Shown here: positions 1 through 10,362 of the stretch, one piece after another
Numbering within the stretch: position 1 is the first letter of the stretch
Layout of the letters: each line of letters opens with the position of its first letter
DNA from: Fidelibacterota bacterium
GTDB lineage: Bacteria; Fidelibacterota; UBA8477; JABMPR01
Reading direction: 5' to 3'
Length of the DNA stretch: 64,000 nt
NCBI GenBank assembly: GCA_016844955.1
Contig: JAERTH010000031.1
Coordinates: 16,087 to 80,086, forward strand
Made by a program: the position numbers and the translations under genes
Notes under the pieces: model-generated
The model's input: the letters and a program-made list of their open reading frames with translations, nothing else
What the model was told of the DNA's origin: nothing
The model's database searches: none

Positions 1-627
1 ATTCGCCAGGGGTATGGACTCACAGAAGTGGGACCTAATTGCTTCTCTCTGAATCAGGATGCCGCCATTCGAAAACAGGGTAGCATCGGTTTCCCCAATT
101 TTTATCTCGATGCTAAAATCGCCGGGGAAACTGGCGAGGAAAAAGGTGTTGATGAAGCGGGAGAATTGTGGCTTCGTTCACCGGTAGTGACCCCTGGATA
201 TTGGAGAAAACCGCAGGAAACCAAGGCGACAATTACCGGTGGCTGGTTTCATACTGGCGATATGGCCAGAGTTGATGCGGAAGGCTACTTTTATATCGTT
301 GATCGTAAAAAGAATATGTTCATCAGTGGTGGTGAAAATGTCTATCCCGCCGAAGTGGAGGCCGTGTTGATTCAGCATCCACAGATCAAAGATGTTGCTG
401 TGATCGGGATATCAGATGAAAAATGGGGCGAGGTCGGCCTGGCCTATATCGTCGCAGCAGAACCCATAGAAATTACGGAGGTCAAAGCCTTTTGCTTGAA
501 GTCTCTGGCCAAATATAAAATACCAAAAGCGGTCTGCATGATCGAGGAATTGCCCTTGAACGATTCGGGTAAGCTCGACCGCAGACATTTAATAGAGATA
601 TACAAACAACAGAAGGAGACAAAATGA
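1..627 (+). CDS. AMP-dependent synthetase/ligase (acyl-CoA synthetase family), C-terminal part; 5' end lies outside the window
   Basis: The frame is open from nt 1 and reads IRQGYGLTEVGPN... The text contains the GYGLTE hinge motif, then WFHTGD, the KKNMFISGGENVYPAEVE pattern and a terminal KIPK...GKLDRR, all typical of the adenylate-forming enzyme C-domain. Confidence 0.85.
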   Translation: MRQGYGLTEVGPNCFSLNQDAAIRKQGSIGFPNFYLDAKIAGETGEEKGVDEAGELWLRSPVVTPGYWRKPQETKATITGGWFHTGDMARVDAEGYFYIVDRKKNMFISGGENVYPAEVEAVLIQHPQIKDVAVIGISDEKWGEVGLAYIVAAEPIEITEVKAFCLKSLAKYKIPKAVCMIEELPLNDSGKLDRRHLIEIYKQQKETK

Positions 628-1112
628 TGAAACGATACTCAATTCTGATAGTTCTTATTCTTGGACTATTACTTGTGCTTGGTTGTGAAGACGACTCCGG
701 TACAAACGCAAACGAAAATGATGTTGATGTTTGGGTCGGTAACTGGCTGAGTGCTGGAGACAATGTGGCATATATACTGTCTGCATATTTTCAGTATGAC
801 AGCGTAAAAGTTGAGTTTACAGCAGACAATACTGTAACGCTCGAAACCCATGTTATGGATGCTGGTTGGACCACCCTGGAAGGTACCTACGTGCTTACAG
901 AATCATCTGATTCTGACATAGATGCCATCCAGCTTATCTATACTGCTTTTGAGCAGGAAGGTATTATCCAGATTGTTGGTGATACCCTCCGTTTGGAAGC
1001 GGTTCAGACCAATCCCGATATTGCCGCCACCGTTCCTACCGTTGCTGCAGGTTTTGGTGCTGATGAAACTTTGGGTACCATCAATATTCAGACTTACATC
1101 CGCCAGGATTAA
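624..1112 (+). CDS. hypothetical lipoprotein
   Basis: The N-terminal signal peptide has a lipobox (LLLVLGC). The start overlaps the upstream stop by 4 nt (ATGA). No recognisable catalytic motif. Confidence 0.5.
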   Translation: MMKRYSILIVLILGLLLVLGCEDDSGTNANENDVDVWVGNWLSAGDNVAYILSAYFQYDSVKVEFTADNTVTLETHVMDAGWTTLEGTYVLTESSDSDIDAIQLIYTAFEQEGIIQIVGDTLRLEAVQTNPDIAATVPTVAAGFGADETLGTINIQTYIRQD

Positions 1113-1123
1113 TACGCTTAAAA

Positions 1124-1152
1124 CCGGGGTGATTGTTAGCTGATCACCCCGG
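1124..1152 (+). terminator. GC-rich perfect hairpin (ccggggtgat-N9-atcaccccgg) 12 nt after the stop of the lipoprotein gene; possible terminator or attenuator ahead of the next gene
   Basis: Perfect 10-bp inverted repeat read directly from the sequence. No U-tract follows it. Confidence 0.35.
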
Positions 1153-1172
1153 ACACTATCAGGGAGACAGGT

Positions 1173-2735
1173 ATGCACAAGCTATTCGTGTATTCAATTC
1201 TAATGGTTTGCTTTGTGGGCATAAGCATTGGTCAAACATTGCCGGTCTGGCCGGAAGGCAGAGAAACCATACGTGAAAAAAAGGAATTAACCTTCATCGG
1301 GTATTACCTCACACGTTATGAAGCCATTAATGTGGGCCCCACCAATGAATTCCTAAAAGGACAAGTTGTGGGTCGTTTTTATGGTGGTAATACCACCAAA
1401 AGTTACTCAGACAAATACTCGAATTATCTTGAACAGCGCTTCCTGGGAATGCTCTCGTATTCGCCACGATTGTTTGATGGGTGGGCACGCATGCGCATGG
1501 CTTTTGAACTGGATTGGACCTGGGGTGATGCCAATTATGGTGCCGGAGGCAATTTCGGTGGAGCTTTTGGAGCTGATTTTGTAAACATGCAAACCCAGAA
1601 CCTGTTTATGGAATTCCATCCCAACAAACACTGGTATGTGAACCTGGGATTATTGCGGTTTTATGACAATACTTCAGTTCCCTATTATACTGGAACCAGT
1701 GAGCTTTTGACTACTGGGTATCGTCTGTCTCTATTTGCTTCAGATGCCTCAGGGTTGTCGGCGCATTACTCACCTAATAGTTACCGACATATTAAAGCGG
1801 GTGCGTACCAATTGTACGAGAACAATGTTGAACAAAATGATGATGTTTTTCTGTTTGAACTGGATGTGGAGCAGGATTTGTCAATTAAATCAACACTGGG
1901 TCTCACGGTTTATCATCTCCGTGATTACGGTAGTTCACAGAGTAGTGCTGGTGAGGGAGGAGTATCCATTCTGGGTCAGGGGCTAAACTCCTTGTTGGCT
2001 CCCTATAATGGTGTCTTTCAATTCAACTTGGGCAATGAGACCTACAATGCAAAACTGTGGTGGTTTGGTGCCCATTTCGATAGTGACCCGCTACTGGAGC
2101 AGGGACGTCTGGGTCTGAGTGGATTTGCTTATACCACCCGTGGCCTGGTGAGCACAGCAACCAGAGATATCGATGTTGCCGGGTATGCAGCCAATCTGCG
2201 CATGGCATACAAATATGGAAAAACCAATCGGGATCGGATTGTTCTGGATGGTATTTATTCCACAGGAGATGTGGAAAATGTTGATGATGGAAAATACACT
2301 GGAGTGTTGACCGGTAATAACTGGACATCCCCTGGTGCTGTATTTTTTGGCACAGGATTATATCTGCTCCTGCCCCATGGGGATGTGGTGAATCGTTACT
2401 ATGCTTCTACCATTGATATTCAAAATATGGGCTATGGTCTGGCTGCCGGGGTAGCGCAGGTTTCCTATGACATTGTACCTTACAAGTTGCGAGCAGAGGC
2501 AAACCTGGGATATGGTATGTCCCCAGTTGCTCCATTGGGCGGTGGCAATTTTATGGGATTCGAGAAAAATGTTGGAGTCGTTTACACACCAAAGGTGTTT
2601 TTTGATATCGAAATGCATGCTGCCCACCTGAGTCTGGGTGATTTTTATGATTCTTCGCTAACCAACGGCGGCATTACTGAACGACCACCAGATCCCTGGA
2701 CATTCATATTGTTGTTAAAATGGATCATGTTTTAG
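1173..2735 (+). CDS. hypothetical secreted protein, probably an outer-membrane beta-barrel (Gly/Tyr/Asn-rich with alternating hydrophobics)
   Basis: Signal peptide MHKLFVYSILMVCFVGISIG. Composition and length fit a porin-like protein. No family could be recognised. Confidence 0.45.
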   Translation: MHKLFVYSILMVCFVGISIGQTLPVWPEGRETIREKKELTFIGYYLTRYEAINVGPTNEFLKGQVVGRFYGGNTTKSYSDKYSNYLEQRFLGMLSYSPRLFDGWARMRMAFELDWTWGDANYGAGGNFGGAFGADFVNMQTQNLFMEFHPNKHWYVNLGLLRFYDNTSVPYYTGTSELLTTGYRLSLFASDASGLSAHYSPNSYRHIKAGAYQLYENNVEQNDDVFLFELDVEQDLSIKSTLGLTVYHLRDYGSSQSSAGEGGVSILGQGLNSLLAPYNGVFQFNLGNETYNAKLWWFGAHFDSDPLLEQGRLGLSGFAYTTRGLVSTATRDIDVAGYAANLRMAYKYGKTNRDRIVLDGIYSTGDVENVDDGKYTGVLTGNNWTSPGAVFFGTGLYLLLPHGDVVNRYYASTIDIQNMGYGLAAGVAQVSYDIVPYKLRAEANLGYGMSPVAPLGGGNFMGFEKNVGVVYTPKVFFDIEMHAAHLSLGDFYDSSLTNGGITERPPDPWTFILLLKWIMF

Positions 2736-2741
2736 GAGGGT

Positions 2742-3692
2742 ATGATGAAAATATTAAAACATATCTTCGTTTTTATGGTAGTGATAGGAACACTTATGGG
2801 CGCTGGAACCGGATCGTATTACAAACTTCCCAGTCTAGAATTCGATGAACTGGACTATGGCTTTCCAGTCCAGACTATTCAACTCGGTAATGTTGAGCTG
2901 GGCTACATTGAGCAAGGTGAAGGACCAAAAACCATTCTCCTTATTCACGGTCTGGGTAGTTATGCCAGAGCCTGGACTAAAAATATTGAAGTTCTGGCAG
3001 AGACGCACCGTGTCATCGCTGTGGATTTACCAGGCTATGGTCATTCCAGTAAAGGTTACTATGAATATTCAATGTCCTTTAATGCTGATGTATTGAGACA
3101 CCTCATAGCAGAACTGAATTTAGGAACGGTTACCGTTGCCGGGCACTCTATGGGTGGCCAGATCGCCATGACCCTGGCACTGGAAAGTCCAGATCTGGTG
3201 GACAGGTTGATCCTGATTTCTCCAGCTGGATTTGAGCGCTTTAATGAGGGTGAATCAGCCTGGATGAAAAATGTTATGACACCAGAACTGGTGCGAGATA
3301 CACCGGTGCGGGCTATTGCCAAGAACGTGAGCATCAACTTCTATGAGTTTCCAGAGGATGCCGCCTGGATGATTACAGATCGTATTCAGCTTCGGGGAGC
3401 CAGCGATTTCTATAATTACTGTTTTGCAGTTTCCAAAAATGTCGAAGGCATGTTGCGTGGAATCGTCTGGGACAAGCTGGATAAAATCAGCCAGCCTACT
3501 CTGGTCTTGTTTGGAGCTAATGATGCCTTAATACCTAATCGGTTTCTACACCCGGGTTGGACAAAAGAAATAGCTGAAATAGCCAAAGAAATACCAAATA
3601 GTACCATCACAGTGATTCCCAAATGTGGACATTTTGTACAGCTGGATGCTTATGAGGCAGCCAATACGGCCATGCTTGATTTTTTGAAGTGA
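2742..3692 (+). CDS. alpha/beta-fold hydrolase
   Basis: HGLGS oxyanion region and a nucleophile elbow GHSMGG. C-terminal His (CGHF) and signal peptide are present. Confidence 0.8.
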   Translation: MMKILKHIFVFMVVIGTLMGAGTGSYYKLPSLEFDELDYGFPVQTIQLGNVELGYIEQGEGPKTILLIHGLGSYARAWTKNIEVLAETHRVIAVDLPGYGHSSKGYYEYSMSFNADVLRHLIAELNLGTVTVAGHSMGGQIAMTLALESPDLVDRLILISPAGFERFNEGESAWMKNVMTPELVRDTPVRAIAKNVSINFYEFPEDAAWMITDRIQLRGASDFYNYCFAVSKNVEGMLRGIVWDKLDKISQPTLVLFGANDALIPNRFLHPGWTKEIAEIAKEIPNSTITVIPKCGHFVQLDAYEAANTAMLDFLK

Positions 3693-3744
3693 TTCGTTCG
3701 TACTACAACTTGAAGAAGCCGTAATACCTCTGGTATTGCGGCTT

Positions 3745-4281
3745 TTATTTGTTGGGTTTGGACGGCCAGGGTCGTTGGCTCTCTGCATCAATCCAGGCTC
3801 GAATCCAATCTGGCAAATCCCCTTTCCAATCATTGTCCGGGAGTTCTTTCATCACATCAGGAGCTGGTACCAGACCCTGCTTTGAAATTACGCCAGCCTT
3901 GATTAGAGCAGATGAACAAATTTTATCTCCACACCACATTTCCTGCTGGAAGTAAAACCAGCGTCCATCATGACCTGCCAGACGACTGCGCATTTCATAC
4001 TTTTTCCCGAACGGTATTCTCCTGCGATAGCGAATACTGGATCCACCTACAGCAAAGCCCCATTTCTTTCTTGAAATGAGTGTCATAAGTCCACCCCGAA
4101 CGCCAAGGTCATAGCGTCCCAAATCCATAAGCGTCAACTGCCGCCCATTGTTGACTTCACCATAATGGTCAATATCCAACAACCCGGCACGCAGGTGGAC
4201 AATGCCAGTTTCATCAAATCTTAAGGGAGATCTGCGGCGGGCCTGGAAAATGGTACGTAGGGTGAGAAGGTATGGATACAT
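3745..4281 (-). CDS. hypothetical protein, possibly thioesterase-like (hotdog fold)
   Basis: 178-aa ORF without a signal peptide. The hotdog/thioesterase assignment rests on weak resemblance only. Confidence 0.4.
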   Translation of the reverse strand: MYPYLLTLRTIFQARRRSPLRFDETGIVHLRAGLLDIDHYGEVNNGRQLTLMDLGRYDLGVRGGLMTLISRKKWGFAVGGSSIRYRRRIPFGKKYEMRSRLAGHDGRWFYFQQEMWCGDKICSSALIKAGVISKQGLVPAPDVMKELPDNDWKGDLPDWIRAWIDAESQRPWPSKPNK

Positions 4282-4389
4282 AACTGCTTCCTTAGAAAAT
4301 TGGGTTCATGCTGCCATGCTAATACCTCTGGACTGTAACTCAAGAAATATCTCATGTTTTGAAATTAAAGGTAACACCTTACATATAAA

Positions 4390-4403
4390 TGTAATATATT
4401 ACA
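4390..4403. promoter_or_regulatory. perfect 14-bp palindrome TGTAATATATTACA overlapping a second inverted repeat (TTACAT-ATAA-ATGTAA), 16 nt upstream of the MarR start; candidate MarR operator
   Basis: Palindrome read directly. It sits immediately 5' of a MarR-family gene, and MarR regulators typically autoregulate through palindromic sites of about this size. Confidence 0.45.
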
Positions 4404-4418
4404 TAAAATGGAGATGGT

Positions 4419-4883
4419 ATGATAATAGATCAAAATTTAGAGCACAAAAAAGAAATATTTGGGATGACGTTCTTGCTGGCGCAACGCTGGCAAAATTTGG
4501 GTGACCAGGAGTTGGCAAGTATTGGGGTGACCACAAAGCAATGGCTGTTAATGGTCACATTGCATATGTTTTTTAAGGAACCACCAACCCTGAACCAATT
4601 GACAGAGGCCATGGGCTCCTCTCGGCAGAATGTGAAGCAACTGGCAACCAATCTTGAAAAATCAGGTTATCTAGAAATTTTTCAAGATACCATTGACAAG
4701 CGTATTCTACGCTTTCGGCTGACTAAAAAAAATGCAGAGGTATGGGAAGCCAGAGCGGAACGAGATGAGGCCTATATAGGTTCCCTTTTTGGTGATGTGA
4801 GTCATGAGGACCTTGTCACGACTCTGAATACTCTCAAGAAACTGGTCAGTATAAGTGCTAAAAAACTGGGGGGTGGATCATGA
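4419..4883 (+). CDS. MarR-family transcriptional regulator
   Basis: Winged-helix region LTEAMGSSRQNVKQLATNLEKSGYLE...DKRILRFRLTKKN. About 150 aa, the typical MarR size. Confidence 0.8.
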   Translation: MIIDQNLEHKKEIFGMTFLLAQRWQNLGDQELASIGVTTKQWLLMVTLHMFFKEPPTLNQLTEAMGSSRQNVKQLATNLEKSGYLEIFQDTIDKRILRFRLTKKNAEVWEARAERDEAYIGSLFGDVSHEDLVTTLNTLKKLVSISAKKLGGGS

Positions 4884-5662
4884 AAACCCGAAAATTAATA
4901 TATCTAATTTTAACCCTCACTGTCAGTCTGACGATCTGGGGAAAGGGAAGTGAAATGGAAAAATCTCAAAGAAATATTCAGGCGTCTGACCTGGAAAGGT
5001 TACCGGAGCCCGTGCAGCGCTTTATGGAATATAGCCAGGTAGTGGGAACACCCTATATCAACAATGTCAGGATTAAACAAACTGGTTTAATAAAAATGGA
5101 TCCAGACAAACCCTGGACACCCTTTACGGCAACTCAGGAATTTCACATTCCATCCGCTTCCTTTGTCTGGAAAGCGACTATGAAAATGGCACCGTTTGTT
5201 AGAGTTACGGGATGTGATCGACTCCAAAATGGCGTTGGAAACATGCGCATTAAGCTTCTGGGATTTATTCCCATTGTGAATGCAAGGGGACCTGAAATGG
5301 ATCAAGGTGCCATGACACGCTATCTTTCAGAAGCTATCTGGTTTCCACAATCTTTTCTGGATTCACATATCACCTGGGAGGCAATTGATTCACTTTCGGC
5401 GAAGGGCATCCTCACAATAGACGACAAATCAGTTGAGGGTATTTTTCAGTTTGAAGAGTCAGGACGGTTGAGGACGTTCAGCTGCGACCGTTACCATATA
5501 AAGGGTGATGAGAAGCAATTGCTGCCATGGTACATTACATTAGATGCTTACGAGGAGCGACAAGGGCTGTTACTGGCTACAAAGGGTAAGGCGATTTGGG
5601 ATTACTCATCTGGAGAATTTGCGTATATAGATTTGGAAATTACTGCGGTTGAATATGAATAG
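4880..5662 (+). CDS. hypothetical secreted protein, probably co-transcribed with MarR (ATGA overlap)
   Basis: Signal peptide. No recognisable motif. Confidence 0.5.
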   Translation: MKTRKLIYLILTLTVSLTIWGKGSEMEKSQRNIQASDLERLPEPVQRFMEYSQVVGTPYINNVRIKQTGLIKMDPDKPWTPFTATQEFHIPSASFVWKATMKMAPFVRVTGCDRLQNGVGNMRIKLLGFIPIVNARGPEMDQGAMTRYLSEAIWFPQSFLDSHITWEAIDSLSAKGILTIDDKSVEGIFQFEESGRLRTFSCDRYHIKGDEKQLLPWYITLDAYEERQGLLLATKGKAIWDYSSGEFAYIDLEITAVEYE

Positions 5663-5677
5663 ATCTGGTCGTGTGAT

Positions 5678-5709
5678 TTGTGGGGCTGATGCGAATTTCA
5701 GCCCCACAA
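5678..5709. terminator. GC-rich hairpin (ttgtggggctga-N8-tcagccccacaa) between convergent genes
   Basis: 12-bp inverted repeat flanked by A/T runs (ttttg...aaaaaag). The geometry is not fully canonical for either strand. Confidence 0.35.
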
Positions 5710-5723
5710 AAAAGAATGTTACA

Positions 5724-7748
5724 TTAGCGGAGCAAAAGCAGCTTTAATGCCTTTCCATGAAACTCACTTGATTCAAGAACTGCAAAATAAACGCCTGAGG
5801 ACAAGCCAACTCCATTAAGATCGGTGGCCAGCCAGGAGATATTGTGAACTCCGGGAGTCAGATGTGATAAATCGATACTTCCAACCAGGCGACCCCTGAT
5901 ATCATAAATATTCAGTACAAGTGGATTTTCACCCTGGTTTTCCCCGATCATAATCTGGAATGTTGTTCTGGGATTGAATGGGTTTGGGAATGCCATGACC
6001 AATGATGATGAGTGGGGCTGTTGGATAACGTCATCCGTGTCAATTCCTATTACAATGTCTTCATAGTCAGCAAAATAGGCTGTGTAGCGACATCGCAACT
6101 GATAGCGTAGGCTCAGAGCAATGGTGCTGTCCTTGAGTGCAGGTGTTTCACCGTAGATATTTATTTGTTGCTCAAGATTATCAAGCGCCTGTTTGGCCCA
6201 TAGATACGCTGCCAGATCCCATTCGCTGGTATCGCTGTCAAAGTCCAATGAAAACCCATACTGCTGTGTTCCTACAATTCCATCACCCCAATAGTCCAGT
6301 GAAGTGGTTCCCGGGGTTTGATAACGACCGGAGTACAGGGAATATGAACCAGAATATGTGTTGGGATTCACCTCAGGAAATACATCGTGTACGTCATCTT
6401 TGTTGAAATCAATGACAACATTGTTGAAAATGGGTCGATTGACAATTTGGAAGACACGGCCAATTTCTTCCACCAGATTGCTTTCCTCATCCAGATAAGT
6501 CACAAAGCCCCGGTTTAACCGTGCTGTCATATCCAGTCTGGTATGATCCACTTTATTACCGATAGCTATGGGGAAAATGGCAGTATTATGTGTGTTCTCC
6601 TCAGCGAGTGCAATCGGATCCAGAGGAGAGCGGCCATCGGTGAACGCGACAATGGCGTTATGGTAATCAGAACTGAGAAACTGGTCCAATCCGACTACCA
6701 GACCCTCTTCGAGATCACTTCCACCACTGGCTGTTAAGCCATCCAAATAGGTTTTTGCACTTGCAATATTTGCTGCTGTGGCCTGAGTTAATTCTGTTCG
6801 CCATTCACTGGCCCAATAGCTATAGCTTATCACGTTAAAAGAATCATCCTCATTAAGTTCATCAAGGGCAAGTTTTAAGGCTGCGACTGAAGCCTCCAGC
6901 TTAAAGCCCAACATGGTTGATGATGTACTCAGGAGGAACACTATTCTTCGGTTTAAATTTTCTGTTTGGTTAGTAATGTTGGGAGGGGTCAAGAAAAAAG
7001 CAAAATGACCATCCACATCTTCGTGTAAAGCGGAGAAAAAATCCCGTCCAAACCCACCATCCAGATTAAAGGTAAACTCCAGATCACGATTCAAATAGGT
7101 CATGGGTTCTGACATCTCAACCTCAAGATAATTCTCATCAGTTGAAATAGTCTCATAAGCGGGGTGCGTCTCCATCTCAAAACCAGAAATATCATGACTG
7201 GAATTAACTGAAAGATTAAGCTGGAGATGTTCAACGGGGTAGCCGGTAAAATCAATGGTTTCAAGCGGGTATCTGTAGCGACACTCTCCCTGGAAAAAAT
7301 CAAGCAGGGATACATAACTAAGTTCGATTTTTTGAACTGCTCCAGGCTCAATACCACTAAGCTGAAGCTTCAGTCCGTTGACTCCGATATAGTTATTCAC
7401 CAGTGCTGCAACACCACCCTGCCCGGTTCCCGGGTTTGTTGATTGAGAAGATTCCAATAAAACCGCACGGAAAGTGGTGTCATGGCGGGTATAGAGTAGC
7501 TGAATAGATCTGGCGTCATGGGGTAGTGGAAAAGACCAGACTGCATCGGTGGTTTCATACCAATCATTGACAAATTCCTGGTAAACGACAGTGGTTGCAT
7601 AGAGTTCTTCAATTTCGACATCAATAATGGTTGCACGGTGTCGTAGAAAATCGGTGGGATAATTCTCATCATTAGGAAGCAGTAAGCCATCGGCGAAAAC
7701 TGAGGAAAGAATCATTGATGTAAGGACTAGCAATCTTAAATATTTCAT
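5724..7748 (-). CDS. secreted VIT/vWA-domain protein with T9SS C-terminal sorting domain
   Basis: Signal peptide. vWA core (IVFLLSTSSTM...SGGSDLEEGL). C-terminal FPNPFNPRTTF...GVYFAVLE matches the Por/T9SS CTD. Confidence 0.75.
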   Translation of the reverse strand: MKYLRLLVLTSMILSSVFADGLLLPNDENYPTDFLRHRATIIDVEIEELYATTVVYQEFVNDWYETTDAVWSFPLPHDARSIQLLYTRHDTTFRAVLLESSQSTNPGTGQGGVAALVNNYIGVNGLKLQLSGIEPGAVQKIELSYVSLLDFFQGECRYRYPLETIDFTGYPVEHLQLNLSVNSSHDISGFEMETHPAYETISTDENYLEVEMSEPMTYLNRDLEFTFNLDGGFGRDFFSALHEDVDGHFAFFLTPPNITNQTENLNRRIVFLLSTSSTMLGFKLEASVAALKLALDELNEDDSFNVISYSYWASEWRTELTQATAANIASAKTYLDGLTASGGSDLEEGLVVGLDQFLSSDYHNAIVAFTDGRSPLDPIALAEENTHNTAIFPIAIGNKVDHTRLDMTARLNRGFVTYLDEESNLVEEIGRVFQIVNRPIFNNVVIDFNKDDVHDVFPEVNPNTYSGSYSLYSGRYQTPGTTSLDYWGDGIVGTQQYGFSLDFDSDTSEWDLAAYLWAKQALDNLEQQINIYGETPALKDSTIALSLRYQLRCRYTAYFADYEDIVIGIDTDDVIQQPHSSSLVMAFPNPFNPRTTFQIMIGENQGENPLVLNIYDIRGRLVGSIDLSHLTPGVHNISWLATDLNGVGLSSGVYFAVLESSEFHGKALKLLLLR

Positions 7749-7760
7749 TTCCAGACCTCC

Positions 7761-10136
7761 TTATTTCACATGGATTAATTTGATGAGGTTATTGGATACG
7801 ATATTCCCAACGTTATCTGACAGAGATACCTGAAGTAGATAAACACCAGCTGAAACAGTTCTGCCCTTCATATCAATGGCATCCCAGTGCAGTGTTTGTA
7901 GACCGGATTCTCCGATATTAAACTGGGTAACCCGTTGACCGCGGATGTTATAGATAGCGGCTGTTGCCGTGTACGAATGTGGAATAACCAGATCAATAGT
8001 GATATCTGGATTGAAGGGGTTGGGATAACAGTTAATCACCAAGGTTGTATTGCTAAGTATTGTCTCGGCAGGAGGAGTATAATTGATATCATCAGATCCT
8101 CCCAACCCAGCATAGTGAACTTCCAGGTAGATGTTTCGTTGATTGGGGCTTGCATCGGGTGAATCGTATGATAACAGGTATTTGTAACTGATGTTGAATT
8201 CTGATATTTCCAGGAGAATATCAAGAAAATTTCCTCCGATATCAAAAAAGTCCCCTCCGGTTGGATAAATTATGGGATCACAATACTGAACACGGATTTC
8301 CTCACCAGCCACAGCATGGCAGGTTATTCCATTAAGCAGCAATGCGTCGACGACATCCTCAACCGTGAGTGTAGTATAATCATTATTAACGTGATATCCC
8401 GCATCGGTGATCCAGACAAACTTTTTACTTGCCTGATCTCGGAACTGTAGTTGAGTTCCGGCATAAATGGCTTCTAGAGAGTTTTCGTGCCAATTTCCAC
8501 CACCATGGGCATACTGAGCATCGACATATGATTGAAACAGATCAACATCGGAGGTGAATTCATAAATGTTTTCAACATCATCTACAAAAGTTACCATGGC
8601 CAGGCGAAAGTCTACCCCCTGACTGTCAAGGTTGCTGGCAAAGTTTCGGAGATTATCCTTTACACCATTGATCTCCTCTCCCATACTTCCAGTGACATCC
8701 AGGATAAAGACGATATCAGCAGAATTGGTCCCTTCAGTAGTATCTGGTATCAAGTCAAAATCAAGGATACGGGTCTGATCCTCAACCAGAAGAATATTTT
8801 CATCCTGAAGGTCAAAGTAGTATTGACCGGTTTCTTCATTGGTAACACTAAAACGGGTAGAGACCTGTGGGAATTGGGTTGTAATCACACTGTCAGCAAG
8901 CACGACCAATCCTGCATCGGAATAGGGGCTGGTTGGCACAAAACATTTATGCTCAATCACATCTAAAACATCATTGCCACTTTTCAACTCCAGTGTGAGT
9001 GGGTAGACACGATCCCAATATATCTCAGGAAAATGAAGGGGGATATGCTCATATTTAAAAGCCCCGGCTGGGATTGACAAGGAAGGGGAACTCCAGTCAT
9101 CCATGATCTGATTGCCTCGCAGGGTAATCACCATATCTTCGAAAGCAGTGCTGGAATTATTCTTAATTAATGTGAAACAATCAAAATCATTGGGTCGCAT
9201 GATATCATCATAAATATCCAGTGATTGGGGGAGCTGGGATCGCATAAATGGACCATCGGGATAGTCAGTTTCACCCAGGGTAATGGTAAAGATTGATTCA
9301 TAGAAGCTATTTGGTGTCAAATTAGTTTCAGCATTTTCCCAGTTAAGCGCCAGGTCGTAAATTTCTGTAACTTCATTGTTTTGGTATCCGGCTAAAACAC
9401 CCCAATTGCCAGCTACCAGATCGGCAGGCTCGTTATTATCAGGGAATCCAATAATCATCTGCATGCCAGTATTAAGATTGCGGCGCTCATCAATAATCAG
9501 CGAGGAAACATTGTCCGTATCAGTCCAGGTAGTAACATTTTGAATGGGGACTCCGGCAACAGCCAGTGCGCCATCACCCCAAGTACCCAGGGCGGGATCC
9601 AGGAGAAATCCAGTGGAAATTGTATGATCCTCAGTAGAAATGTTTTGAATGAGCAGGCGCAGTGCTAAGCCAACTTGATCCTGAGTATTTGTGGTTTTGA
9701 TTTCGAACCGGCAATTGAGAATTTCATTGTTCAATTCCAGGGCAATGAGCGTATCACCCAGCATGTCGAACTCTGAGTCCACATTCTCAAAATATTGATC
9801 CAGACGAAATGGGGTTTGATCCACGGTTAATATTGGATAGGAAGTATGGGCTAGGGGGTGTCCATAAGTAAGGGACTCATAATTGTCCAGAATTCCGGGG
9901 TCTACACCGGCTGTGGTTCCCAGTGTCAGATATCCCTCCTTGAGAATAATGGCCTCAAGGATTTCATTTTCCAAACTCAGATAATCATGACCAGGATAGG
10001 GAATACGTGCGAGGGAATTTTGAGGGGCATTTGATTGGTGCTCCTGGTCGGTAATATCAAATGTTGATTTGTTGAACGCGTTGAGGAAGATAGTAAAGCA
10101 CAAAAGCGCTGTAATTAAATAGAATGATTTACGCAT
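7761..10136 (-). CDS. secreted vWA-domain protein with T9SS C-terminal sorting domain
   Basis: vWA MIDAS-like motif IVFILDVTGSMGEE. C-terminal CYPNPFNPDITI...GVYLLQVS. The start is placed at the internal ATG (MRKSFYLITALLCF signal peptide), which is preceded by AAAGGGGA 4 nt upstream. The provided ORF extends 12 codons further 5'. Confidence 0.75.
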   Translation of the reverse strand: MRKSFYLITALLCFTIFLNAFNKSTFDITDQEHQSNAPQNSLARIPYPGHDYLSLENEILEAIILKEGYLTLGTTAGVDPGILDNYESLTYGHPLAHTSYPILTVDQTPFRLDQYFENVDSEFDMLGDTLIALELNNEILNCRFEIKTTNTQDQVGLALRLLIQNISTEDHTISTGFLLDPALGTWGDGALAVAGVPIQNVTTWTDTDNVSSLIIDERRNLNTGMQMIIGFPDNNEPADLVAGNWGVLAGYQNNEVTEIYDLALNWENAETNLTPNSFYESIFTITLGETDYPDGPFMRSQLPQSLDIYDDIMRPNDFDCFTLIKNNSSTAFEDMVITLRGNQIMDDWSSPSLSIPAGAFKYEHIPLHFPEIYWDRVYPLTLELKSGNDVLDVIEHKCFVPTSPYSDAGLVVLADSVITTQFPQVSTRFSVTNEETGQYYFDLQDENILLVEDQTRILDFDLIPDTTEGTNSADIVFILDVTGSMGEEINGVKDNLRNFASNLDSQGVDFRLAMVTFVDDVENIYEFTSDVDLFQSYVDAQYAHGGGNWHENSLEAIYAGTQLQFRDQASKKFVWITDAGYHVNNDYTTLTVEDVVDALLLNGITCHAVAGEEIRVQYCDPIIYPTGGDFFDIGGNFLDILLEISEFNISYKYLLSYDSPDASPNQRNIYLEVHYAGLGGSDDINYTPPAETILSNTTLVINCYPNPFNPDITIDLVIPHSYTATAAIYNIRGQRVTQFNIGESGLQTLHWDAIDMKGRTVSAGVYLLQVSLSDNVGNIVSNNLIKLIHVK

Positions 10137-10207
10137 AGAATCCCCTTTTTCGGGGATACTTCCAGCAAGCAAGCCCCCCAGTTGATCAAGATTGAATAGT
10201 GATATAA

Positions 10208-10229
10208 ATATATGCTCAGTGGCATATAT
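10208..10229. promoter_or_regulatory. inverted repeat ATATATGC-N6-GCATATAT in the promoter region of the vWA/T9SS gene
   Basis: 8-6-8 perfect inverted repeat read from the sequence, about 70 nt upstream of the start. Confidence 0.25.
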
Positions 10230-10362
10230 AGACTAAGGATAAAAGGCGTGGGGTGAATGTTTTTGAAAATGTAATTAAATCAAGCACAGGAACTCAACAG
10301 CAGACAGTATTACCATTTGCTGTAAAGTGGTCAAGGGAGCTAAATAATTGGACAGATCCAGG

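Noticed and set aside
8532-8966. 144-aa ORF antisense inside the vWA/T9SS gene; similar embedded ORFs at 6137..6406, 16278..16760, 20683..21201 and 63437..63904
   Set aside because: These lie fully inside well-supported long genes on the opposite strand or in another frame. They have no motifs and are typical spurious six-frame ORFs.
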